DNA from: Eledone cirrhosa
Taxonomy: Eukaryota
Reading direction: 5' to 3'
Length of the DNA: 64,000 nt
Assembly: GCA_964016885.1 (NCBI GenBank)
Contig: OZ024740.1
Coordinates: forward strand, 247,008,001 to 247,072,000
The position numbers and the translations under genes are program-made. Positions within the stretch are counted from its first letter, which is position 1. Each line of letters starts with the position of its first letter. The notes beneath the pieces were generated by a model. The model was not told where the DNA came from, ran no database searches, and was given only the letters and a program-made list of their open reading frames with translations. Positions 1 to 12,474 of the stretch are shown here, one piece after another.

Positions 1-361
1 TTATATTGTCTATGAAAGTTCTGTCTTCACACAGCTGCGACATCATGTTTCCTCCCGTTGAATTCTAATGCCTACGCCATTTTAATTTAATTAATTAATT
101 TATTTATTTCCTCTTGTCTCTGTCTCTGTTTGCGCACGCGTTTGATAGACTATATATATATATTTATATCTGTATCTTTAACTATTGGTCAATCATTGAT
201 AAACATTGAATGCCAAATAAATTAACTATGGAGATATAAAAGATACAGAAGCGAAAACCAACCCAAACCAAATAGTGAGTGTGTTCTGTTGTTAATATTA
301 TAACAATATGGCCCTCCCCAAGTATAACAAGTTTCGACACACGATTTCATATCAAAAACCT

Positions 362-407
<46 letters not shown>

Positions 408-410
<3 letters not shown>

Positions 411-1016
411 TGGCTGCCCACTCGTTTTCGAGTACGGCCACTACTTTATATCCATGTAGGAGAACCCCTACCGATGCGTTGAACGAGTGTTACTTTTTAG
501 TCCAGCTAGCGACTTGAAAACTCTGGTACATCCACTACATTTGTGACAATTATTGACACATAGTGCTGGGCCCATGGTACCATGTGACGACAAGTGCAGA
601 GAGATCTCCAGATATAAAGCAATGCCTGTGCCGTGAAGCTTTTATAGTGAGCAAAGGCACTGCACAAAGCCAGTCCCACTCTCTTAACCAAGATGATATT
701 TAACAAAAAGAAGAACAAGTCAACATCATTGGATACCATCAGAGTTGCAGGTGTTATATCAGAGTTTTCCTTCTCCTAGAATTCTGCCTTGACAAAGGCT
801 AAGGAGTCATCTCCCAAGGTGATTTTGGATGGCCATTGACTCTTAAGAGCTCCTTTTCCCTTTGACAGGTTTTGTTTTTAGTCCTGCAGGATGTCCAAAG
901 TCACCCTCCTCACCAAGAAACCTTGGTGGGGTTGCAAGTTTAGTCGCCAACGACTCGACCATGGGACAGGTTGTACTGGGATACATGTTACCAGTAGCAC
1001 CAACTGGTGACCTGAC
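408..1016 (-). mobile_element. Short non-autonomous LINE-derived element (RTE-like 5'UTR joined to a 3' end)
   Basis: Its 5' part (828-1016) recurs at 5690-5885 and 30430-30580. Its middle part recurs at 22700-22910, 23460-23665 and 30310-30400. Its 3' end (tactcgaaaacgagtgggcagcca on - strand) recurs at 11497-11519. No RT ORF. Confidence 0.5.
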
Positions 1017-1044
1017 ATACATATATATATACATATATATATAT

Positions 1045-1130
<86 letters not shown>

Positions 1131-1426
1131 GGGCCTTCCAATTTCATTTTATATCAAATACATGTCTGTGTATATTTCAAGTGAACATGACCCAACGGGT
1201 CATGGGTGGTCTAGTATACTACTAAAACTATGTTACTGTGTGCTTGTCTGTAATTTAATACTGCCAAAATGGCGCATAATGGGAAAATACTTTCTTGGGA
1301 ATACAAATGGAATAAAACGGGTTCCCGAGATACGGGGTTTTTCAGGGTTCCTTCATAAATAGAGAGAGAGAGAGAGGGAGAGAGAAAGATAGAGAGAAAA
1401 AGATAGTTGTTGTGAGGGAGTAGATT

Positions 1427-1477
<51 letters not shown>

Positions 1478-1686
1478 GATAGTGTTGTTGAATGAAATTA
1501 TTACAAGTGATTTCAAAGAATCGAACACAGCATTACTGTATCTGTGTGCAGCAAATATTTCCTACTAAATAGGAAGAGTTTCTAAGTGTGTGTGTATATG
1601 TGTGCGTGTATATATATATACACACACATATATATATACATACATACATACACACACACACGCACGCAGGGAAAAGCGGACGTAAA

Positions 1687-1718
<32 letters not shown>

Positions 1719-1873
1719 ATATATATATATATATATATAAGCAAAGAGATATTTAATTTCCTGGTAATTCCTCAAATTTATTTATTATAACAGATTCGAA
1801 GTACTCTACACATTTCCTGGAGTATAATATCAATGATATTAATAAATGAAAACTATATTTATAAAACCATATT

Positions 1874-1937
1874 TATTTTATTATATATATTTCAAGGGTA
1901 CCAAAAAAACTTTGGTACCCTCTCATCAGATAAAATA
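1874..1937 (-). ncRNA. Minimal type I hammerhead ribozyme
   Basis: - strand: TATTTTAT-CTGATGA-GAGGGTACCAAA/TTTGGTACCCTT-GAAA-TATATATA-ATAAAATA; stems I and II pair. Confidence 0.8.
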
Positions 1938-2284
1938 CAAAATTTGTTTTATATATAGTGACATACCCGATAAACCAAACCTTATCGGTTCAGGTTCCAT
2001 TTGGATAGTGAAAGAAAAAGAGAAAATTTTCAAATCATTTAGGATGGATATGCAAATGAAGTAGAAGAGTAGACTGAAAAAATTGTTATACTTAGACTCT
2101 AGGTAAATTTTAAATAATTATTAGGATATTTTATAAAAGAAGAAAATGAAGAAGAAGGAAGAAAGGTAAGCTAATATTATTTTTAGGGTGCAAATAGTTT
2201 TAAAAATAAAAAATAAAAAATGATTGAACTATTTCAAGGTACAAAAGGTTCTTCTATAATAAAATAAAATTCGAACTACCTTTT

Positions 2285-2348
2285 TATGTTATCTGATGAG
2301 AGCGTACCAAAGTTTTTTTCGTACTCTTGAAATATATATAATAAAATA
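2285..2348 (+). ncRNA. Minimal type I hammerhead ribozyme (slightly degenerate)
   Basis: TATGTTAT-CTGATGA-gagcgtac...gtactctt-GAAA-TATATATA-ATAAAATA. Confidence 0.7.
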
Positions 2349-2395
2349 AATATGGTTTTATAAATATAGTTTCCATTTATTAATATCATTGATAT

Positions 2396-2458
<63 letters not shown>

Positions 2459-2596
2459 ACAGAGATAGCTTTAAGCTAAACTCCGACTGGTAACGATCTC
2501 ACTCAACAAACATTAGGTTATACGTTAGTATAAACCCAATTTAAGTGTTTGGGGTGCTAACTATATGTATTTTGTGGAAAGCCAGTTGTATTATTT

Positions 2597-2719
<123 letters not shown>

Positions 2720-3576
2720 AATACTATTGCCTTAATTTTAATAACTTCAGTGAATAGAGGTTTAGTAAATATATTCAAATATATCCAAATATATTCAAAT
2801 ACGTTCATAGAGTTAAAATATTATTTATCCGAATATCAAATCCATAGTATTGGAATAATATTTAGGTAGACTCATACCTTAAAATATACAGTTATATTAA
2901 TATAATTAACAAGTTATACTAATATAATTAACTAATATATCATATTTCATTATAATAAACTAATTTTCTTAAATGCATCCAACACTTATATGTAATGCCC
3001 CTTAAATAAGTGTAAATGCTTAACATATATTAATTCAAATATATACATCCACCAATATTATTTTGATAAATAATTGTATACCGGCTAAATACATTAACCT
3101 CCGAAATGTTATTCTAAAACATAATTATTTGTTTATATTAATATTAATATACACTTCTCACATATAACTAAATATTATTGATTATCTGATAATTAATTTA
3201 GTAGATTGAACATATATATAGCAACTGAAGCATTAAAAAATATATATATTCACTACGTATAATTTCATGATTCGTTTGCAGAAATACCTTTTCACACTCA
3301 CATAACCGTTGGATTATTTCAGATAAATATGACTATTGTTTTGTTAAAACTTTATATATTCAAATTCATTTTAGGAAAACTTTTAATACAAATGACACAA
3401 TTTTTAAAACTATAAATTCCAATTCATTCAAAGAACCACAACTAACACTACATCTTTCTGAACACGATGTTTTTTAAAACTATATTTCTAACTGTAAACC
3501 CCTATCGTTATACTTTGATGAGTAATATATATATTATCTGTTCTATTTTATTTCCTGGGTGAATTGTATTGGTATT

Positions 3577-3690
3577 TTAATTAAACTCTGATGACACCCA
3601 CGGTCTATACTCACTAATGGCAAATTGTTGAATAAAATGATTCACTATATGCAGCATAACCGTGGGTAGAAACAATTGTCAGTTATTAAA
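3577..3690 (+). ncRNA. Type I hammerhead with extended stem II
   Basis: AACT-CTGATGA(3588)-c-ACCCACGGT...ACCGTGGGT-a-GAAAC-AATT-GTC(3680)-AGTT. Confidence 0.75.
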
Positions 3691-4045
3691 TGCCTTGAAC
3701 TCGTAAATTCTTTGGTTTGTAAACAAACTGTAACTATATATGACCGCACCAATATCGCGCACACACGCGACTGATAGAGTAGTGTCTTTCAATTGTATGC
3801 ATACGGCAGATAAAGAAGCCACACATTGTTCCATTCCCTGACATACCTCATTCCTCTCGGAATGTTGATGGATGTAAAACCAAAAGTATAGGTACCAATA
3901 TATCTCTTCCATGGCAACCCCATCTCTGGTTTTCTTCTTTTTTTTACGCTTCTTCCTACTTTTCTCTCTCCTCATACTGCCACATAATTTTGTTACCCGG
4001 GGATTTACCTATCTGCACTGTAGAGGCTTCCAAAACGACTATTTT

Positions 4046-4165
<120 letters not shown>

Positions 4166-4185
4166 CTGTGCGTGTGTGTGTGTGT

Positions 4186-4925
4186 GTCATATGCCTTCTC
4201 AAGATCGACAAAACAAGAATATACTTCTTGGCAATACTCCCACGATTTCTCGAAAACCTGTCGCAGTGTGAATATTTGGCCGGCTGTGCTGCGTCCGTGG
4301 CGAAAACCACACTGTTCATCAGCTTGCTTGGACTCCACAATCTCCCTGCATCTCTTTGCCAGACACTTAGCATAGACTTTACCGGGGAGGCTTAACAAGG
4401 AGCTCTCTCTGTAATTGGAACACTCTCTCTTGTCTCCCTTTTTTAAAACTGGGATTATCACTCTCGATTGCCATTGCTTATGTGCCTTTACAGAGATCCA
4501 GTCCACCCACCACACATGTGTCAGCCAGAGAATACCTTATCTATTTAAGGTTTTTAACATCTCGGACCGGATTTCACCGTCCCTAGTGGTTTTGCCATAT
4601 TTGAGCTCTTTAACAGCTCTTGCGACCTCAGCTTCCGAGAGATTAGTCACCGCTCCCAGATGTACCTCATGTACATTTAAAGATGCTGTTTTGATCGGGT
4701 TTAGGAGATCAGCAAAGTTTTCTCTTCACCTTGCGAGGATACACTTCTTGACGCGTTCTTGATAGCCGGTGTGGAGGAGGGCTTCTTATTACGAAGTCGG
4801 TGGATGGTCTGCCAGAATACTTTGCTTATCTAAAGTCGGACTCCAGCTTAATCACAAAATCCTCCCATGTCTTAACTTTGGACACTTTTACTGTCTCTGC
4901 GATTTTTCGTGCCTACTTGTACCGC
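4186..4925 (-). mobile_element. RTE-clade LINE, inverted 5' segment (linker and RT N-terminus)
   Basis: IIPVLKKGDKRECSNYR..LLSLPGKVYAK..EQCGFRHGRST..QIFTLRQ..CFVDLEKAYD. Confidence 0.85.
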
Positions 4926-4927
4926 AA

Positions 4928-5520
4928 GTCCAAGAAGGAGGACTGTGGAAGGCCCTGCAGGAGTATGGGATTGATGATCACCCTTTTGCTGCCCTGATGT
5001 CTCTATACGAATGCCCGAGTATTTGTGTTCGGATAAATGGTGCTAAATCGAAACCATTCAATGCGGGAGTTGGACTTCGCCAAGGAAGCGTACTTTCATC
5101 TCTCCTGTTCATTATTTACATGAAAAGGATTGACATGTGCAGACGACATGGTGTTACTGAACTCGACAGAAGATGATCCTCGACTTGCAATTGATAGGTT
5201 TGATGTCGAGTGCTGCATGGCTGGAATGAAAATCAGTGCTGGGAAAACGGAGACTCTCGTCCTCTCAAGGAAGTTTGTGCGGTGCAGTCTACATATGAAT
5301 GGAGTTCTACTGAAGCAGGTAGAAAATTCAACTATATCGGGGCCGTTATCACGAGTGACGGAGGGCAGGGGGATGAATTAAATTCAAGCATTGCAGGAGC
5401 TGGTTTACAGTATTCAGTAATCAGAAGGGAAGTAGGTGTAAAAGCCAAACTCGCTGTCTTCAATTCGGTTTTCGTGCCAAACCTTACCGATGGTCACGGA
5501 TCTTAAATGAAGACTAGATA
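4928..5520 (+). mobile_element. RTE-clade LINE RT pseudogene, 3' segment
   Basis: LWKALQEYG..GVGLRQGSVLSSLLFIIYM..ADDMVLL..MKISAGKTE; frameshifted. Confidence 0.85.
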
Positions 5521-5689
5521 TTTCTCGCTCCACTCCCTCCTCCCCCAAAAAGTTTAAAATGTTAAAAATAGCTTTAAAAGTTAAGAAGTTAAGAAGTAGA
5601 AAAAATATTTAAAAGATGAAATTGATTTAAATGTTTTTATGAATAAAAAATATGCAATATTTATAAGCCTATGTACATGTACATACTTT

Positions 5690-5885
5690 GTTGGATGGCT
5701 GTTGACTCTCCTGAGTTCCTCCGCTCTTTCATGGGTTTTGTTTTTCATCCCGCAGGGTGTCCAAAATCCTCCTCCTCACCAAACAAGAGTGACGGGATTG
5801 CCGGTTTAGTCGCCGACGACCCGACCATGTACAGGTTGTACTGGATTACATGTTACCAGTAGCACTAAAGAGCGACTTGACATAC
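5690..5885 (-). repeat. LINE 5'UTR-like repeat (same family as 828-1016)
   Basis: Shared ggtttagtcgcc..cgaccatg..caggttgtactgg..catgttaccagtagcac; abuts CATA repeats. Confidence 0.65.
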
Positions 5886-5899
5886 ATACCTATATACAT

Positions 5900-8800
5900 C
5901 AACGCGGTCAGTCGCACATATTGGCGTGGGAGACTATTAATTAAATCTAAGATGAATACTATCTCCGACAGTAATGCCACAACTACCAGTCATGTTGAAT
6001 AACTGGATATTCTTCTAATTATACTCACTGAAGACACTTTTTAACTGCCTAAATATTGAATTCATTTTACAAGGATACAAGCAGCCTGGATGAACAGAAT
6101 ATCAGCATTAATAACATTAGTGGAGAACCGAAGAAAAACATAACTAGAAAGGTAAAGTACATTTCTTTAGTTGTAACTACAGAAGGAACCGAAATTATAA
6201 ATCACATTTCTCTTGGAGTTACGAACTTAACGATTTATTTAATTGTTATAACATGACAAAAAAGATCTCTCTGTTAGCTATATGAACAGAATGAAGCTAC
6301 ACTGGAATGAAATACATCCAGAACTAAATCACTTCACAGCCAAACAATTACGCCAACAAGCATCGTTTGTTGAATGTAAAAATAACACGAGAATTGTTCG
6401 TTGTAAGTCCCTCAGATCAAATATGCAATCAACAGCACGTGCTTCAGGTCGCCATGTTGCTAGACTTTCTAGCAGCCAAACACAAACAGACCACCGAAAC
6501 AACTATGCCGGTAAGAGATTTTATTTCAACTGCTATGGAACTCGCAGTGACGCTTATTAACATCAAAGCACTGTCAATAACAATGCATCGGCCATTAGCT
6601 TGGAAAAATCAAGAGTATAGACAATTGAAATATACTCTCCGCGAGATTTTCCAGAGGGAAAATAATTCACGTATAAAAATTTCTCTCGCGGGACGATATA
6701 AAACAACATTACTAAACAAAATGACACCAAATAATGAAATCCTGCGTGCTATTGATGAAATTGGGGGGGGGGGGGGGATTTACAACGAATTAAAACCCCC
6801 ACATTTTGACACTCAACGTCAGTTTATATGCCCTGGTAAGGACAGTGAAACATTGTCTTAGTGATAACAGAGATGTTAACAAAATCAAAACACCACAAAA
6901 GTTATCATCACGTATTACAGAAATAGATAAAAAGATTGCTGACCTACGGAAACTATGGGATGTATGGCAATGCTCTCTGCATACAAGCAAAAAAAGAAGA
7001 AAAAACTACACTCCTCACCAACAAAGAGTGAAAAATATAATAGTAACGAAATTTGGAGACAGTACAACCAGAACTCTTCAATATAAGCTTATCACCCTCA
7101 AACAAGAATTGAGAGCTGTCAGTGAGAAACGCCGATAGCTGAAGATGGTGGCTGAAAGAAAAATGATTAATAAAAGATTCAACCGAAATCAAACATCAGT
7201 CTATAGAGATATGAAGGGCAAATTAATAAGTGTCACTGATCGCAGAAAGACAGGTTCTTTCTGGAGAAAAATATGGGGCGAAGAGAAGAAATTCAATCAA
7301 GATGTAGTGTATTTGAAAGAGATACAAAAGAACTATTGCCCCTACACTACAAAAATATACAACATCAATGATGATACCCCTGAGACTGTGATAAGAAAAC
7401 ACCAGGTAGAGACTTGGATGTCGGCTACTAGTACAAAGAACTGACATTCTATCGGATGTATCTTATCAATCTCTACCAGCAAGATTTGAAGGAAGATGCA
7501 ATATAACAGGTTGTTGACATTAGCTCAAACTATATTGATGGCCAAGAAAAAAGACACCCACTTGACAAAATCTACAATGCCAAAATCACAGGGGTATATT
7601 TCAATGAGACTGTTGTTCTTTGTTATTATTTTTTCTGACAGTAAACCCCCTTTCCTTCTGTTAAAAAAATGTGATGGATACATATTTGGCTCGGGAATAC
7701 AACTCTCACCCATAACTTCTCTGTGGATGAACTGAAACTCTACGCCAAGAACATAAATGGGATGAAAAAAAACCTTGACCAGGTTACGATGTACTTGAAA
7801 GGTATAAGAATGGTGTTTGACCAGGATACATGTTCATATATTGTTATAATTGTTTCTACTTTTTGGCACAAGGCCATCAATTACCCAGTGCATTACTGGT
7901 ACTTTATTTTATCGACCCCGTAAGGATGAAAGGCAAAGTTAACCTCGGCGGGATTTGAACTCAGACTGTAAAGGGACGTAACTCTTTGCTGCAAAGAATG
8001 GCGTCCGACCCTCTACCGATACTGCCAAACTACAAGCAAATCAAGCAACATTTTTATTGATGGCCTAACTGTTACACTGTTATCTGGCGATGATGGCTAC
8101 AGATACCTAAGGATAGATGAAAATGTAGCCTATGATGGTATCTGTAACAAGGAACGCGTAACCCGTGAATATTACACCCGATGACGAACAATATGGACAT
8201 CTGTAATCTCTGTGCTCAATTAAGCAGTGACACAATATGTTCGCTGTGCTTCTCCTAACACCAACATTCGGAATACTCGATTGGGTGGTAAATTAAATCC
8301 GAACTCTCTATGTGAAAACCTGAAAACCCTGAAAAACACCGGCAATTTCCACATCAAAGTGACATTGACCACCTTTACCTGAAATATAAACATGGAGACA
8401 GAGGCCTAACAACTGTCCAGACAACATTTGTGTGTCGCAACATATCTTCCGACAACATCTATGAACCACTAATCGAAGGGTCCATCTATTGTGCAAGTGT
8501 GTCTACATGAGACAGATAAGATCATGAGAGTTGGGAAGGCGCTCCATGAGAAATACTCCCTGCATGATATTAAAAAACTCACACCCAGGTAAATAGCCCA
8601 GCAATACCGGAGTGAATACATGGATGAAAGGCCGCATACTTATCAGCAACAAATCATAGGATGCCAGGAGGCTCCAGGGTGAAAGTAATATAGATAAGCC
8701 AAGTAGTCTATCTTTGACCAACAACCGCTATATTGGCTCCCACTTTGTAGGATATGCTTTTGCAATCCAAGAACAGGAAATCAACACGAAATACCTGATT

Positions 8801-8990
8801 CACAAAAGAGATAAGGACGCAGGCAAAACAACTAGATGCGACATTAAATGCAGACTCTGCATGTCAACCATGTCATAAGCAGCTGTCCAAAGATGTCATC
8901 ACAGTACTATTTACCTATGAGGCATGATGTAGTCGCCAAAAACACTGTACAATGCAATCCGTAGAAAAGATAGCTCCAAAAATAAACGTA
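5900..8990 (+). mobile_element. Degraded R4/Dong-like (RLE-type) non-LTR retrotransposon
   Basis: MNRMKLHWNEIHPEL..KQLRQQA; FWRKIWG; RT remnant near 7710-7745 (THN..VDELKLY); AIQEQEINT..KCRLC..SSCPKMS..MRHD. Homologous to 27040-30032. Confidence 0.75.
7851..8027 (-). mobile_element. tRNA-derived SINE (octopus OR-type-like), nested in LINE
   Basis: A box TGGCAGTATCGG, B box GAGTTCAAATCC, body aactttgcctttcatccttacggggtcgataaa; over 10 copies in the window. Confidence 0.9.
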
Positions 8991-9551
8991 TTAAAAGTTA
9001 AACATAAATATATCGTATATGCTTTCATTAATCTCCATCATGATTTACGCTGTTGGTGCAACTGTGTTCTCATACAGCTACTGACATAGCTTTAACATGA
9101 TCACTGGTTAAAACATTCATAGCGAGACTTATATATGTTTATTATATGGAAACATATATACATCTTCACACATATCTGCATTATTGTATTTTCTAAGTGA
9201 TGTGGCCTTATAAGGCGAGTAGAAACGTGGGTAGTTAAGCTGTTTGGTAGTTGACGTAAAGGTTATAAGCTTCGTCTCATGACCTTGGACAAAAACACTA
9301 ATCATGATAAACTGTGTGTGTGTGCGTGTGTGGGGGAGGTGTTGTGTTAGTAGTGATGCTCTTGTTTTCGTCGTCGTTGTTGATGATGGAGGAGGGTGAT
9401 GGTGGTGCCAGAGGTGTTGGAAGTGTTGATGATGATAATAATAGTGTTAGTGATGGTGATGATGGTTGTTATAGTATTGGTAGTGGTGTCGGTGAATGAT
9501 AGCATTATTAACGGGGATGTCTGGTGCTGGCGTTAGTGTTAGCGTTGATGT

Positions 9552-9760
9552 GAAGGCATGTGGCTCAGTGGGAAGGGTGTAAGTTGGACTCCCAGGAGCA
9601 CATTGTGCCCATGAGTGAGACACTTTATTTCATGTTGCTCCAGTCCACTCTGCTGACAAGAATAAGTGGTACCAGTAATTCAAAGGGTCGGCCGTGTTGC
9701 ATTTGGTGTCACGCTGAATTTCCTTGAGAACTATATTAAGCGTAAACGTGTCTGTTCGAA
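9552..9760 (+). mobile_element. Second tRNA-derived SINE family (V-SINE-like body)
   Basis: A box tggctcagtgg; tgtgcccatgagtgagacactttatttcatgttgctccagtccactc body. Confidence 0.6.
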
Positions 9761-10689
9761 CACAGAAACGCTCGTCGTCGGAATCGACGGATGTGTAAAC
9801 ACATAGTGTTGGTATTGTTGTTGTTGTTATTTTTGTTGGTGATGGTTGTGGTTGGAGTGAGGTGATGATGATGGGGATGGTGTTGGTTAATGAGTTAAAA
9901 GACTAGCACTATTCAAATCCAGTATTTTGATCAGTTCCAGTTTATATGGATCGGTCGACTGGGAAAATATAATGAGATTTAATTTAGTGATATTGCCACT
10001 CCCATGTTATAATTGAAGGGAAGTAGGCGACCGATTAAATTAACCACACAAGTAGACCACTGCGAGTTTGGAATCCAAAATACAACAAACTGGAATAAAT
10101 TCCTCTCTATAACAATTCCACCTATTTATCTTCATGGACTTGTACTTTGCTTCATTGACCCCGATTGTATTGAAGGTAAAGTTCACCATGGCGAATTTTT
10201 CCACCTAGAATAGATCTGTGCTATTGATGTTAAAATCCGAAAACGATTAACCATCACTTGAAATGTCCACACCAATAATTGAAAGCCTATACCTATAACG
10301 AAAATAACGAGGAATAGATTTATCATCCATTTAAATAGTATTCAAATATCGCATCAAATCACAGTATTTCTTCACATTGAAGTCACACAGCTCCATTGGA
10401 ACAAAACATTATATGAAAAGTTTGCTGCATCCCAATAGATCATGCATTGCTTGCTACGTTGTAAGATAACCTTAACGTGATAATATTATAGCTAAACAAA
10501 GAAATTTATCTTCGACTAACAATCTGTGTATTGACTCTCACTTAGAACTAGAAATAACAACAAAATGCCTGGTATAGCTAAAACCCTTATATGTCACAGT
10601 TGATGCAGACTCTGGTGGGAAGACCGGAGTGGAAATCCACATCATAGGCAGTTGTCTGAAAATATTAAGAAAGTATTATTTCTTGATGT

Positions 10690-10915
10690 CATGGTAAACA
10701 CACTATACAATGCAATTAGTAGAAAGTATAGCCCTAAAGATCGAATAATAACAAGTTATAGTAGTACAGGGAATATTACTCAGCCATAATATGGAAGAAT
10801 ACTGTTGGAATATGCTTGTCAAGACATTTGTAAAATGTTAACACAAACAGACCAGATATTATGAGATAAGGCAGAGAACTGGAAATGTGCACAGTGGTGG
10901 GAATCAGTTTCCGCT
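10690..10915 (+). mobile_element. RLE-LINE endonuclease fragment
   Basis: Similar to 8935-8975 and 30620-30850 (LYNAIRRK..EY.WN..RPDI). Confidence 0.55.
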
Positions 10916-11495
10916 AGCTGTTTATATACATTAATGTTAAAAATAAAATAAAAATAAAATATTAATGCCTACCTAGGTATATACCTGTGAGCAATGTAAC
11001 ACACACTTATGTTACAGACGTAGCCTGGCCAAATAGTTGAGAAGTTCGCTTAGCAATCATTAGAAGCCGGTTCAATTCTTCTTGGACAAGTGTCATTTCC
11101 CATAAACTCGGATCGATCCATGCTTTTTGAGTGAAATTGGATAGGCAGAGACTGTTTCGAAGCCCGTCAAACAAATGTGTACATATACATAAAACACAAA
11201 TATACACTTGCAATGACATGCATTTATGCATGTATATATATAAGTTTGTAGATGCACGCACATCTGATCAGCCAGCTGATGCTATATAAATTGCAATACA
11301 GAAACATATGCACGTGTACACATAAGATTCAAAACATACAGATCCACACTTGCAATAACACCCATATCTGCACACACAACAAACACACACAGGCATACAT
11401 ATGTGTTTACTTAGTTGATGTCTCAATTCCAATGAAAGAGTCTTGTATATGTTTCAAACCGACTCACACACTATTGGAGAACATTTGTAAAATAA

Positions 11496-11865
11496 TACTC
11501 GATAACGAGGGGGCAGCCATTATGTATGTATGAACGTATGTATGTGAGTATGTATGTGTGTGTATGTATGTATGTATATTGTGTGAACTCGTGTATGTGT
11601 GTGCATGTATGTATATATGTGTGGATTAATGTATGTGTATATATGTATGTATGTATGAATGTATGTATGTATGTATATATGTAAGTCTGTTTTCTTACAT
11701 ATATACATACATACATTCATACATACATATATACACATACATTAATCCACACATATATACATACATGCACACACATACACGAGTTCACACATATATACAT
11801 ACATACACACACATACATACGTGCTTACATACATACATAATGGCTGCCCCCTCGTTATCAAGTAT
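11496..11865. repeat. Fold-back palindrome (LINE-like 3' end plus (TATG)n)
   Basis: atactcgataacgagggggcagccattatg... is mirrored by ...cataatggctgccccctcgttatcaagtat; spacer tctgtttt at 11686-11693. Confidence 0.85.
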
Positions 11866-12315
11866 GACCATTAAAGGACTTTAAAAAGAGGGTATGCCTG
11901 CTAATTGATATGTCCGTTCCAATAGACAAGAATGTATCTATAAAAACATTTGAAATATTGAACAAGTATAAGGACCTGGAGATAGAAATTGGAAAAATGT
12001 GGAAATTGAGAACTAAAACAATACCAGTGGTTGTAGGCGCTCTAGGAATGATACCTAAGGGGTCTAATGATTACTTATCGCAAATCCCAGGAAATCCGCG
12101 TATAGGAGAAATACAAAAGATAGTACTAATGGGAACTGCCCATATACTAAGGAAGATTCTGTCAATATAAGTACATCACAAGTCTAAACACCTAAAGATG
12201 CATGTGTGTGTATGTATGTCCTTTCTTGAACATGGCGGACCTTGTTGACTCTTGAGGTCACTGGTTGTGACTTGGTGATAACACGTATGAACATAAAGCA
12301 AGATAAATGCAACTA
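11866..12315 (+). mobile_element. 5'-truncated R4/Dong-like LINE (RLE domain and 3'UTR)
   Basis: IDMSVP..KYKDLEIEIGKMW..IPVVVGALG..LMGTAHILRKILSI; followed by (TAA)n. Confidence 0.85.
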
Positions 12316-12474
12316 TAATAATAATAATAATAAAAATAATAATAATAATAATAACGAAAAACGTAAAGAAAAGAAAAACAAACAAAAAAAAGTCAGACAT
12401 TCAAACATTACATTACAATGAAACTTATGCTTATTTTTTAAAGTTTTTACCTATTTATTTGTTATTTATTTATG

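Larger units (their letters stand above)
1830..2393. repeat. Inverted repeat (~110 bp arms) carrying hammerhead motifs; Penelope pLTR-like
   Basis: 1830-1940 is the near reverse complement of 2282-2393. Confidence 0.85.

Noticed and set aside
320-362. Hammerhead-like GAAACTTGTT with a weak hairpin on the - strand
   Set aside because: No CUGANGA core and no stem I.
9300-9900. Gly/Asp/Val-rich host exon
   Set aside because: Degenerate (GAT/GGT/GTT)n trinucleotide repeats with a SINE; no gene evidence.
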